The notes beneath the pieces were generated by a model that saw only the letters and a list, made by a program, of their open reading frames with translations, did not search any database and was not told where the DNA came from. This document shows positions 39,397 to 48,653 of a stretch of 64,000 nucleotides of DNA, piece by piece (position 1 is the first letter of the stretch; each line of letters starts with the position of its first letter). The DNA is taken from the IMG/VR virus record IMGVR_UViG_3300007513_000005. The stretch is one strand, 5' to 3'. Position numbers and translations under genes: made by a program. The DNA comes from a virus.

Positions 39397-40100
39397 TTTG
39401 TAACTACCACAATCCCAGTGTCAGTAACTTTCCTTTCTTGTTCAAACAAATGGCCATGAAAGCAAACAAGTTCAGACTTAAACGTTGGATTATCGGCAAG
39501 GATCTGGTTTACAACTTCCTTTACTGCAAACTTGGAAGGGTGATAGTCATCAAACAAAATCACGCCGCCATCTCTTACCATCTTATTTGCAACATTAAAG
39601 TCATTCATAATAACATTAACATCTGTATGGTTTCCATCAATAAACGCCAAATCAAACTCATCCTCCATTTCATCAATAAAAAATGGTACCTCTGATACGT
39701 GCTTGAATTTGATCTTTTCTTTTTCCTCAAATGGAATCAACTGGTATATATCCTCATTAGAGACAACGGCAGACCTGTATCCTATTGCTTCGTTCTTCTT
39801 TTGAAAGTGTGAAACAATATCGATCGTAATAATTTCTTCGATAGTCTCCTCCAGTGCAACCGAAAAACAAGCAGTTCCTCGACCAGTCCCGATTTCGAAA
39901 AATCGTTCTGCCTTGAGGTGATTTGCCACTGCTTTAACTAGAAAACACTGCTCTGCGCCGAAAGACATATCGCCCTCGTTCTTGTTTGGGTTAACTCTTG
40001 TTTTGGTAAAGTGACATATTGTAGAAAGTTTATTTAGATCATCTTTCCACTCGTAACCGATTTGCTTAAAGTAATCCTCAAGATTAGTTATCTTCATCAT
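39393..40100 (-). CDS. Class I SAM-dependent methyltransferase (Methyltransf_24-like)
   Basis: FFEIGTGRG, FDLAFIDGNH, GGVILFDDY. Confidence 0.85.
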   Translation of the reverse strand: MMKITNLEDYFKQIGYEWKDDLNKLSTICHFTKTRVNPNKNEGDMSFGAEQCFLVKAVANHLKAERFFEIGTGRGTACFSVALEETIEEIITIDIVSHFQKKNEAIGYRSAVVSNEDIYQLIPFEEKEKIKFKHVSEVPFFIDEMEDEFDLAFIDGNHTDVNVIMNDFNVANKMVRDGGVILFDDYHPSKFAVKEVVNQILADNPTFKSELVCFHGHLFEQERKVTDTGIVVVTK

Positions 40101-40981
40101 ATTTCTCCTAAAAATTTATTATATTGTGATGCGACATATGACATGTCTATATTCGTGTTGCATTCATTGTCTATCTTTCTTGTAAAATCTAATTGTGGAG
40201 GTTCATACAATTTCAATGGCCTGAAATCCCATTCTTCTTCCTCAATCAATGTTGCGCCGAGGGCAACCTCTCTTGTACCGCCTGTAGATGAACATATAAC
40301 TTTACACCCACATGCAACTGCATCAACAACAACGTTGGGACAGTGATCTAGAAATGCCAAATGAATAAAATAATCGCTCTTCTTGTATAACGAAATTAAA
40401 GTAGGTATATCCAAGTTCCCGACATAATAAACCCTGTCTTGAATTATCGGGTTGGAAACCTCACCTGCAACAATCAGACAGTCACGCTCCCCTGAATGTT
40501 CCAAGAAATACCTTATATTTTCTCCCAACCTCTTGTGAGGTCTCCAGCTGGATGCGCAAGACCATACCTTATCATAGTTATCAAATACAGAATGCTCTAG
40601 AGGTGCTACAGAATTAATAAACTCCAAGTCGGCACCATTTCTAATAACTTTATAATTGTTGTGATGTCCAAAGTATTCAAAACTCAATCTCTTATTGAAC
40701 TCAGTCTGAAACACTACTCCGTGTGCCTGGCGATATGTCTTCAATATCGGACTATTCTGAGAGACGTAATCAAAATCGCTATTAAAATATATTCCATCCA
40801 ACCTCTGAAAGGTTGGGAGGGATGTTGGTCGCATCAAACTAATAAAAGATAGTTGTACATCAAACGGCATCGATTCTGAGAATGTGTCTCCTTGCTTTTT
40901 CATATATTTCTTAAGCTTGTTTGCGAAATGGTTTGGACCACTCGTAGATCCAACATTAACATTGTCTAAAAATATATTCAT
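40097..40981 (-). CDS. Glycosyltransferase family 4
   Basis: NGAD, WRPHKR, DHCPNVVVDAVACG. Confidence 0.85.
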   Translation of the reverse strand: MNIFLDNVNVGSTSGPNHFANKLKKYMKKQGDTFSESMPFDVQLSFISLMRPTSLPTFQRLDGIYFNSDFDYVSQNSPILKTYRQAHGVVFQTEFNKRLSFEYFGHHNNYKVIRNGADLEFINSVAPLEHSVFDNYDKVWSCASSWRPHKRLGENIRYFLEHSGERDCLIVAGEVSNPIIQDRVYYVGNLDIPTLISLYKKSDYFIHLAFLDHCPNVVVDAVACGCKVICSSTGGTREVALGATLIEEEEWDFRPLKLYEPPQLDFTRKIDNECNTNIDMSYVASQYNKFLGEI

Positions 40982-41715
40982 AGACTTTCTAACTTTTCAT
41001 ACTGTGTTTTTTTGGATATGTGCGCCTCGATCCTCAATTGATCATACCTATGTACGCGGTCGACGGATATCGGATTGTGCCTATTGTAAATATAAAGAAT
41101 ATCACTTATAAGTCTAACCCTGCCTTTTCCAGACATCTCAACCATAGGATACATCATAGCGCGATCGAACGTGCACTTATAAAAATACCCATCCAAATCA
41201 AGCAAGTCCTTCTTTTTTATCTTGCAAAATAATTCTTTTCTAAAAGTTCTCAAATGAGAGAATGACCAAGGAGCAGTTCTTATATTCTGGTTCCAGTAAT
41301 CGTCAGAGACACTTGGGGTTACAACCATATAGTTATCATTCTGAACATATGAACCAACAGTCATCCAGCAGTCTGGGTCTCTGTAGTGTTCGTCCAATTT
41401 ATTTAAGACGGCAGTACCTGCAAGAGTATCATCACCATCCAAAGTAATGATTATGGTGCCATCTTTTGCTGCATGTATTTGCGTATAAAGATTATAGAGT
41501 GCCTTCATATTCTCTTCATTGGAGACAATCTTGAACTTCTTCTCTGATTTTGATAGTATATCTTTTGCTATTTCTAGCGTGTTGTCCGTAGAGCAATCAT
41601 CGACATAAACGATATCATAATTATCATATTCTTGTCGCAGGGCAGAATTTAAATTCTTTTCTACCCACTGTTCACAGTTGTATGCGGGTATAACTATAGT
41701 GAAATGACTCTTCAT
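40978..41715 (-). CDS. Glycosyltransferase family 2
   Basis: TIVIPAYNC, VDDCSTD, TLDGDD. Confidence 0.92.
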   Translation of the reverse strand: MKSHFTIVIPAYNCEQWVEKNLNSALRQEYDNYDIVYVDDCSTDNTLEIAKDILSKSEKKFKIVSNEENMKALYNLYTQIHAAKDGTIIITLDGDDTLAGTAVLNKLDEHYRDPDCWMTVGSYVQNDNYMVVTPSVSDDYWNQNIRTAPWSFSHLRTFRKELFCKIKKKDLLDLDGYFYKCTFDRAMMYPMVEMSGKGRVRLISDILYIYNRHNPISVDRVHRYDQLRIEAHISKKTQYEKLESL

Positions 41716-43799
41716 GCAAAACTATTCTCCCAAAAGAAGGATGGTCTTGACTTGAGATATTCGACTATCTCTTCATATGTGCCGTCAAACCAACTTTCTT
41801 CATGATGTTGAACTTTGTCATTCATATCCAACTCACAATCCAGAAGTTTTGCCTCGATAACCATTCGTGGGCAAGTATCCAGACCAGTGGGCTTGAAGCA
41901 CAACCCTTTAGATTCTGCCATCTTTTCAAGGAATTGTTGATAAGGCAAGTTCCACAATACTTCGTAATCATATCCCTTATCTTTACAGTGTGACTCTGTT
42001 TCATTGAGTCCCTTCACCCAACTTCTGGATCCCAAGACGACCCATTTTTCATTCTTACTCTTTGCTCTATCTCGAACATGCTCGATGAATTCAAAGAACC
42101 CATCATTGAAAAGAGAAGACAGAACAAACATATTCTTGTTAGTTATACCAGGAAGACTGTCCGTATGCATCTTCATCTGATTGTCTGACATGAAAAAGGC
42201 CGATGATGCGGCATTAACGAAATCCGTCATAACCTGTCCCTTTTCTGTGTTCTTGTAATCACATGAAGCGCCTTCTACCATCTCGTACAGGGCAGGGTTT
42301 CTATGTTTGCAATATTTATAATCGAATTCTACAAAAGTATAAGAAATTGAAGATGACGAGACCATCTTTAGCATTTCATTCGATGCATTGGCGACGTTGC
42401 CGAAGATCCATTTAGCGTCCTTATTGTTCTCTAAAAGAAATTCAGATAACTCAGATGTTCGAACCTTTACCACTTTGTCAGACTCACAAGTTTCTACAAG
42501 AGTCTCCAAACTCAATTCGGCGCCGCCGACATAATCTTCAACAAACATATCATTAACAAAAATAAATTCTGGTTTTGTTAACCACTTTTCTGGGATTAGA
42601 GTTTTTAGCATTTTATCCAAAATTTTGGGTAGTGCCAGTTCAGATCTTAGGTGTGCAGATAGTTGATCTGCCCAAGACTTGTACATTCCGTGATTAGAAT
42701 AAACCTTTCTAATTTTTATCTTAAAGTCTCTCTCGCTTGGATAACACCACATAGCTTCTGGGACAAGGATGTTGTCCCATACTGCTTCTTTTTGTATGTG
42801 CTTGAGTGAATAATCGACCTTTGCGAACAATGGTTTGTTTTTAATTTTTTTTGTCTTCTTATCTCTAGTAGGAGCATAAAGAAAATCCATGTGACCAGAC
42901 CACCCTGGAGCAACTACAGGTAGTCCATTGTACGCTGCTTCAAATAGCGGTAACCCAAACCCTTCGCCGTGGGTTGCTGATATGATTGCTTTAATTTTTG
43001 AATTGTTATAGATCGCATTGATCTCATCATCAGTCATCTCACCGTGAAGCAAATAGATGGAACACTTTCTTTCTCCAACATGCTTTAGTACTAGTTTTAA
43101 TTGCTCCAAACAAGATTCGCGGTCTGGAGTGGAGTTCTTGGAAAAGTTAGTCTTTACCACCAACCCTACCTCGTCATCCTTAAACTCACTTACGAACCAT
43201 CTAATTGTATCAATGAGGTTCTTTCTTATTCCCCATTGAGCAATACAAAGAAAATTAAACTCATCCTTCAAATCCAAATCAATGCTAGTGTTACGTCCTT
43301 CGCGAACTGGGTAACTCACCACCTCTACTGGTGCGCCGCATCCGACACGGACCTGTTGGTTCGTTTCCTTATTTTCACCATCATAAAAAGTATTTTCAAA
43401 GACCCATTTTGAGAAGTTACTAGGTACAATCAGTTTATCCATCTCGTACGACTTTTGAATCCATGCGGGTGCAACTTTCGTTGCTTCTATGCCAGCTGTC
43501 ACACAAACAGCATATGGTGCCTTTCTGGAAAACTCACTTGGAATCCCAACATGAATATGTACATCAAAATTCTTCTGATCGTCGGGTAGAGATTGAAATT
43601 TCGCAACCAGATTGTGGATCCACCGTGCTTCCTCTTCATTGTCCAACAACCACCCTGTGGCACCCCAATTTAGAGGATTCACATAAAGGTCTAAACTATC
43701 ACCTCTTGCTTTGAGGGATTCTAAGACCAACCTCGTGTGCACTCCATAACCAGACCTTGTGAGGGCTGGACCTTCGATTAATACTTTTATTCTACTCAT
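41712..43799 (-). CDS. Two-domain glycosyltransferase (GT4-like plus second GT-like unit)
   Basis: RSGYG, RKN, THGEGFGLPLFEAAYNG, then a second unit (YVGGAELS...DTCPRMVIEAKLL). ATG 43799 in an ATGA overlap. Confidence 0.8.
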   Translation of the reverse strand: MSRIKVLIEGPALTRSGYGVHTRLVLESLKARGDSLDLYVNPLNWGATGWLLDNEEEARWIHNLVAKFQSLPDDQKNFDVHIHVGIPSEFSRKAPYAVCVTAGIEATKVAPAWIQKSYEMDKLIVPSNFSKWVFENTFYDGENKETNQQVRVGCGAPVEVVSYPVREGRNTSIDLDLKDEFNFLCIAQWGIRKNLIDTIRWFVSEFKDDEVGLVVKTNFSKNSTPDRESCLEQLKLVLKHVGERKCSIYLLHGEMTDDEINAIYNNSKIKAIISATHGEGFGLPLFEAAYNGLPVVAPGWSGHMDFLYAPTRDKKTKKIKNKPLFAKVDYSLKHIQKEAVWDNILVPEAMWCYPSERDFKIKIRKVYSNHGMYKSWADQLSAHLRSELALPKILDKMLKTLIPEKWLTKPEFIFVNDMFVEDYVGGAELSLETLVETCESDKVVKVRTSELSEFLLENNKDAKWIFGNVANASNEMLKMVSSSSISYTFVEFDYKYCKHRNPALYEMVEGASCDYKNTEKGQVMTDFVNAASSAFFMSDNQMKMHTDSLPGITNKNMFVLSSLFNDGFFEFIEHVRDRAKSKNEKWVVLGSRSWVKGLNETESHCKDKGYDYEVLWNLPYQQFLEKMAESKGLCFKPTGLDTCPRMVIEAKLLDCELDMNDKVQHHEESWFDGTYEEIVEYLKSRPSFFWENSFA

Positions 43800-45067
43800 A
43801 GGACTTTCTGTAAACTCCACTGCTTTCTATCCATCGTATCCCAAGATCCATGCTTCTTGTGAACACCCTCTAGAAGGTTTCCCCAACTAGAGACATATTT
43901 TTCCATGCTATAATTATCTATAACGTGCTGGCGACCCTTCTTGCCCATCTCCAGGCGATCTTTCTTGGTCATCTTAAACATTTTCACCATGGCATCTACC
44001 AAGTCAGACCCTGATATTCTATCTTCATAGATCCAGGGAACCTCTTGAGACCCAATGATCGCCTTGGACGATGGTTCAATGCCGATACCAAACCAATCTT
44101 TTCCATTTGTTACTTGCTCCTGCAGTCCACCTGTCATATTAACAATTATCGGGGTTTCTGTGGCAAGGGATTCAAGCGTGGCCAGTCCAAAACCTTCAGC
44201 ATCAGAAATATTGATTGTACAATCTACACTATTATAAAGCATCGACAATTGTTGAATTGATAGTTTCTGTGTCGACAACTTAAACTGATCGTCATCAAAC
44301 CCCAGTTTTTCCTTAATTGCATCCAAATCCTGCCCGTTTGGATCCTTTGGTTCCGTGTGCATGATCAAAGTTGCTTTATCTCTACCAACCTTATCAAGAA
44401 AATCATTAAACCAGAACATCAAAGAACCAGACTGCTTTCTTCTAGCGTTACGATTATTCCAAAAGAATGTGAATCTCTTATTTCCCTTGGAATCAATGCC
44501 GAGACCGTTTTCTTTTTTAAATGTCTTTATCAAGTCCGTGTCCTTAGTCTTGCTAAAAACAGTATCATTTACAGCGTGAGGCATGTGGTGACATTCTACT
44601 TCTGGAGCTACAGTTCTTACAATATCATCTGTAACTTTACTGATTGTTGCAATGATATCATTTGATAAGTACCACTTTCTGTTAAATGTAGGATATGGCA
44701 AATTATCCCAAACATGGTAATAAACCAAAGGGGCGACAGATCTAACTTCATTGTCAATCTCCCACAGCCATCCCCAAAACCTTGGGTCCGTCATTATCCA
44801 CACTATATCTGGTTTTTGTGCCTTTAGAAGTGCTCGGACTTGCTCCTGTGTACCATACCCATCAACTGGGTATATGATCCAATCGTCTCCGTATTCTTCT
44901 GTTCTGATTGGTTTGTATTCAGGGTGGCGGATGGCACCGCCGAAGCAAACAAACTCGAATTTTCCAGTTTGTAAAAGTCCTTCTATCATATATCTTGTTT
45001 GCGTTCCCACTCCAGATGGAGCAAGCGGACTATCCGCTAAACAAAATACTTTTATTTTTTTCATCAA
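43796..45067 (-). CDS. Glycosyltransferase family 4
   Basis: SGVG, NRNARRK, SDAEGFGLATLESLATETP. Confidence 0.88.
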   Translation of the reverse strand: MMKKIKVFCLADSPLAPSGVGTQTRYMIEGLLQTGKFEFVCFGGAIRHPEYKPIRTEEYGDDWIIYPVDGYGTQEQVRALLKAQKPDIVWIMTDPRFWGWLWEIDNEVRSVAPLVYYHVWDNLPYPTFNRKWYLSNDIIATISKVTDDIVRTVAPEVECHHMPHAVNDTVFSKTKDTDLIKTFKKENGLGIDSKGNKRFTFFWNNRNARRKQSGSLMFWFNDFLDKVGRDKATLIMHTEPKDPNGQDLDAIKEKLGFDDDQFKLSTQKLSIQQLSMLYNSVDCTINISDAEGFGLATLESLATETPIIVNMTGGLQEQVTNGKDWFGIGIEPSSKAIIGSQEVPWIYEDRISGSDLVDAMVKMFKMTKKDRLEMGKKGRQHVIDNYSMEKYVSSWGNLLEGVHKKHGSWDTMDRKQWSLQKVL

Positions 45068-45928
45068 TCACCTACAATGTTCTGTTTTATAAAATTCGCA
45101 GTATTTACACGACATTCTGTTCTTTATATCGACTCCAGATTCGATATTGTTGATCGCTTGTTCGAGTAACTTAAGAGCATTTTGCGTCTTTTTTTCACCA
45201 CTCGTCACACGAAAAATTTCAACCCTATCCTTCTTGGATGTACGCTTAAGAAGAGCGAAGTGAGTCTCTACGTCCTTTATATCAATATTATACTTCATAG
45301 AATAGAAATTTTTATATAAAGTTAATTGATAAGTCACTAATCTTTCCGACCTTTTCTTTGCATTCCATCCCCAGGAGCATGTTTTCCAATCAATTACGTG
45401 ATGCTTCTGATCTGGTGTTTTTACGATCAAGTCAATGAATCCTTTGAACTTATAGTCAGTGTCAAAACTGTTTATTGGTTCGTAAATAGGTTCTTCTACG
45501 GAAACAACTTCGTATTTTCCAAAATAATCAGTCAAGGCTGGAAGAATAAATTCGACGATATTGTCTCCCTGATCCCTCATGTCATTGACGAGTTTTTTAG
45601 TTAACTGGTGGGTTTTAGATATTTCAGTTAATTCACTTAAAAACTTTTTCTGAAACATTAATTTGGCAATTGCGACTTTAGAATTATCAACAACTAAATT
45701 TTCGCAAACATGATGGAGGGCGGTACCAAAGGCAGTATATTCATTCCCCTGAAATTTTTTTATCTTGTCCAGGTAAATCAGTTTGTGCTTGTGACTGCAC
45801 TCCGCCCAAATCTTCATTTCCGAGTAGCTGATCTTCTTTAGTCGCCCTGGATCTGGTTGATTTTGCTCGGGTCGGTTTTGTCGACCTTGCTTTTCTTGGT
45901 TGTTTAGCACTTTTAACTGGTTTTTCAT
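45068..45928 (-). CDS. PD-(D/E)XK nuclease, Cas4/RecB-like with four Cys
   Basis: SYSE...C, FGTALH, FKGFIDLI, VIDWKT, QL.LY, CKYCEF...C. Confidence 0.85.
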   Translation of the reverse strand: MKNQLKVLNNQEKQGRQNRPEQNQPDPGRLKKISYSEMKIWAECSHKHKLIYLDKIKKFQGNEYTAFGTALHHVCENLVVDNSKVAIAKLMFQKKFLSELTEISKTHQLTKKLVNDMRDQGDNIVEFILPALTDYFGKYEVVSVEEPIYEPINSFDTDYKFKGFIDLIVKTPDQKHHVIDWKTCSWGWNAKKRSERLVTYQLTLYKNFYSMKYNIDIKDVETHFALLKRTSKKDRVEIFRVTSGEKKTQNALKLLEQAINNIESGVDIKNRMSCKYCEFYKTEHCR

Positions 45929-46160
45929 TTTTAACCTTTCTCAAAATCCACGTAGAGGATAAAGTTGGATTCTTGCCCTCTGTACTACAGGCAGTCTCCG
46001 TCTCCACAACATAATCATTAAGATTATATCCGTTTTCTTTCACAATGTCAAGAATTTGTTCTGTCCTAACTGATACGTGTGGATCTCTCGCCTTTGCTCT
46101 GCCGTCAATGCTAACATTTACCATCAACCTTCCATTCTCTTCTTCAAAATTAACTTTCAT
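45741..46160 (-). CDS. Hypothetical protein with basic C-terminal tail
   Basis: Strong SD (AGGAGG) before ATG 46160. The last 188 nt overlap the nuclease ORF. Confidence 0.6.
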   Translation of the reverse strand: MKVNFEEENGRLMVNVSIDGRAKARDPHVSVRTEQILDIVKENGYNLNDYVVETETACSTEGKNPTLSSTWILRKVKNEKPVKSAKQPRKARSTKPTRAKSTRSRATKEDQLLGNEDLGGVQSQAQTDLPGQDKKISGE

Positions 46161-46162
46161 AA

Positions 46163-46825
46163 CTAACCTCCTGTTTCTAGTTTTTCTAATTTGTTGAATA
46201 ATATAGGACTGACCTTCTTTAGATACAGGTCTCTATGAAAAAAGTACGCCTCGAATCCGTTTGCAAAATATTCCCTTAAAGAAGTTGCACCATAAGGACT
46301 GTAAAATATTCCCTGAGAAAGTGTCGTCATGGTAGGGTACCCGATCACCTGTGAAAAGTACATGTCCAACTCTGTGTCATACTCTGCGTTTTGCATCTTT
46401 TCTTTTGGTAGTGATATTCCAGATGTTTCGAATTCTTTCTGCAGTTGGGATCTCTTTTTTAAAAACTCCCTTTCTATCTCCATGTCAGAGTAAACAAAGT
46501 TCTTATACCTCTCTTCTACAGAGTGTCCTATTTCGTGTACTATATCATCCAATACACTTAAGTTATCCTCTTGACTGTTACTAGCATATATTGCACCGTC
46601 CATGTATGCGGCATTATATCCTTTCTTTTTTAAGAAATCGAATTCTCCAAATATAATGTAATCAATATCAGATAAAAAATGACTTGGAAGATTTTCTAAT
46701 GTTTCCTTAAGGTCCCCTGTCGACATATCAAAATCAATCGGATCTTTGATGACCACATTTATACCAGAAACAGTTAAAAAATTAGTTTCATTCAGTTTCG
46801 CTTTGCTTTTTAGATAACCCCGCAT
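46163..46825 (-). CDS. Zincin metallopeptidase, anthrax-LF/ATLF-like pattern
   Basis: VHEIGHSVE followed by YGATSLREYFANGFEAYF. ATG 46825 preferred over 46852. Confidence 0.6.
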   Translation of the reverse strand: MRGYLKSKAKLNETNFLTVSGINVVIKDPIDFDMSTGDLKETLENLPSHFLSDIDYIIFGEFDFLKKKGYNAAYMDGAIYASNSQEDNLSVLDDIVHEIGHSVEERYKNFVYSDMEIEREFLKKRSQLQKEFETSGISLPKEKMQNAEYDTELDMYFSQVIGYPTMTTLSQGIFYSPYGATSLREYFANGFEAYFFHRDLYLKKVSPILFNKLEKLETGG

Positions 46826-47084
46826 TATAAAGTCTTTCTCCTTCCTCCACATCTGCCAGTGCCTGTTGATAACCTCTGACCCAGTTTTCCTCAGAGATAC
46901 AAAGAACCAACTGTGGAAACTGCTCAGCTAAGACATCAATAATCATGCCTACAGTAACTTTCTCATCTTCTGGGTCTTTCTCATTGCCCACATAGTTGAT
47001 GATATAATCCTGCAACTCATTTCCGCCATCAACCTGATTGTCTAGCGTTGTAAGTTCTGCGCTTAAATCTTTTTCTATTTTCAT
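46788..47084 (-). CDS. Hypothetical protein
   Basis: 98-aa ORF in operon, with SD-like GAGG upstream. Confidence 0.6.
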   Translation of the reverse strand: MKIEKDLSAELTTLDNQVDGGNELQDYIINYVGNEKDPEDEKVTVGMIIDVLAEQFPQLVLCISEENWVRGYQQALADVEEGERLYNAGLSKKQSETE

Positions 47085-47091
47085 TTTATCC

Positions 47092-48417
47092 TCACAATAA
47101 TTTCGAAGCTAGTGTTGCGATCTGTGATCGCTCACCCTTAATAAGAGTGATGTGTCCAGAACTGTTCTGTTCTTTAAATCTATCTATTACATATGTAAGA
47201 CCATTTGTCGTTTCGTCAAGGTATACATTGTCTATTTGTTCAATATCTCCAGTTAAAACAATCTTGGTGCCCTCTCCCACTCGTGTCAGTACGGTCTTTA
47301 TCTCGTGCTTTGTCATGTTTTGTGCCTCATCAATAATGATAAACGCATTTGCTATTGAGCGACCTCGTATAAAAGTCATTGCCTCAATTTCGATCTTTCC
47401 TTCATCTATATACATGTCTAAAGTAATTTTATCATTACCCATAAGATTTTTTAAATTATCCTGTATCGGTGCTAACCAAGGCAGCATCTTCTCTTCCATA
47501 CTACCTGGGAGGAAACCGATGTCTTTTCCGACTGGTTCGACTGGTTTTGTGACAATTACCCTAGAATAGTGTGAATCATTTGCAGTTGCTCCGAAGCACT
47601 GTTGTAAACCAGCTGCTAGTGCTAATAGGGTTTTACCAGAACCCGCTTTTCCAATTATCGTAACCAGTGGAATATCGGGATTCATCAATAAATCCAACGC
47701 AAAGTTTTGCTCCTTGTTTTTCGGGCGTACGCCCCAGATTCCTTTTTTGTATGAATCAATCTTCTTTAATGGCCTCTCATAACTCAAGAATCTAACTAGC
47801 GCAGTCTTCTTGTCGTTTGAACTACTAATCAACATAACATACTGATTCGGTTCGACCTTGATCTCTTCTTCATCTAAATAAACTGCTTCGTCCTTATATA
47901 CGGAATCGATAATTTGATCATCAACAAGATGTTCTGTAAGTCCTGTATACAGTCCTTCAATATCATCCACCACTTGATCATTCGAATAATCTTCACAATC
48001 AATAGAGAGAGCATCACATTTGACTCTCATATTAATATCTCGTGATACAAGAATAACTTTTGATTTCTTATTATTCTCTTTAATGCTTAAAGCAGTGGCA
48101 ATAATTTGGTTGTCTGGATTTTCTACATCCAGATCATCTGGGAGTTTGAAGGGGTCAAAACCTCTAACGAAAAGTTTGTTATCACCCTCTTCCTTTAATT
48201 TCACGCCCTCAAACAGATTTCCCTGTGATCTGAGTTCGTCTAATTTCCTGATTGTGTTTCTTGCATGTACACCGACAGAATCTTGTCTTTTTTTGTGTTT
48301 GTCTATTTCATCTAAGACTTTTAATGGGATGGCAATGTCACCATCATCAAAATTTAGTAAGGAATTACTATCTGTTAAAAGTACGTTAGTATCTAGGACG
48401 AATATCTTTTTGCTCAA
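47092..48417 (-). CDS. phoH: PIN domain-PhoH ATPase fusion (PhoH2/YlaK type)
   Basis: PIN: VLDTNVLL, DNQII, SRDINMR. PhoH: GKAGSGKT, RGRS, DEAQN, GDIEQID. Confidence 0.92.
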   Translation of the reverse strand: MSKKIFVLDTNVLLTDSNSLLNFDDGDIAIPLKVLDEIDKHKKRQDSVGVHARNTIRKLDELRSQGNLFEGVKLKEEGDNKLFVRGFDPFKLPDDLDVENPDNQIIATALSIKENNKKSKVILVSRDINMRVKCDALSIDCEDYSNDQVVDDIEGLYTGLTEHLVDDQIIDSVYKDEAVYLDEEEIKVEPNQYVMLISSSNDKKTALVRFLSYERPLKKIDSYKKGIWGVRPKNKEQNFALDLLMNPDIPLVTIIGKAGSGKTLLALAAGLQQCFGATANDSHYSRVIVTKPVEPVGKDIGFLPGSMEEKMLPWLAPIQDNLKNLMGNDKITLDMYIDEGKIEIEAMTFIRGRSIANAFIIIDEAQNMTKHEIKTVLTRVGEGTKIVLTGDIEQIDNVYLDETTNGLTYVIDRFKEQNSSGHITLIKGERSQIATLASKLL

Positions 48418-48595
48418 TCTTAACCTCTTCTTCTATATTATAATTAGTTTCTGGGGTTATTTTTCTCCAATCAGTAAGTGTTTTAGAAAAAACTACCTTA
48501 CCTTCTTCTTGTGGGGTTGTTATGTTTTGGCAGACTGGTTGTTCAGCAACCTGTATACACAGCGTAGCTCCTACGAATATGATTGTCTCTAGCAC
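48386..48595 (-). CDS. Small hypothetical, possibly exported protein
   Basis: AGGAG SD before GTG and a hydrophobic N-terminus. Confidence 0.45.
   Translation of the reverse strand: MLETIIFVGATLCIQVAEQPVCQNITTPQEEGKVVFSKTLTDWRKITPETNYNIEEEVKIEQKDIRPRY
48430..48446 (-). promoter_or_regulatory. 17-nt element TAATTATAATATAGAAG, copy 2
   Basis: Upstream of phoH. Identical to 20735-20751. Confidence 0.6.
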
Positions 48596-48653
48596 GACTT
48601 TCTCCTTTTAAAAAAATAAATGTTTATTCGATATACTTAGTATAGAGGATTTT

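Noticed and set aside
25856-45067. Bacterial chromosomal O-antigen or capsule locus
   Set aside because: There is no flippase, polymerase, exporter or initiating transferase. The genes are coupled seamlessly to phage genes on both sides.
45068-45928. CRISPR-Cas system suggested by the Cas4-like nuclease
   Set aside because: No repeat-spacer array or other cas genes were seen. Solo Cas4-like nucleases are common in phages.
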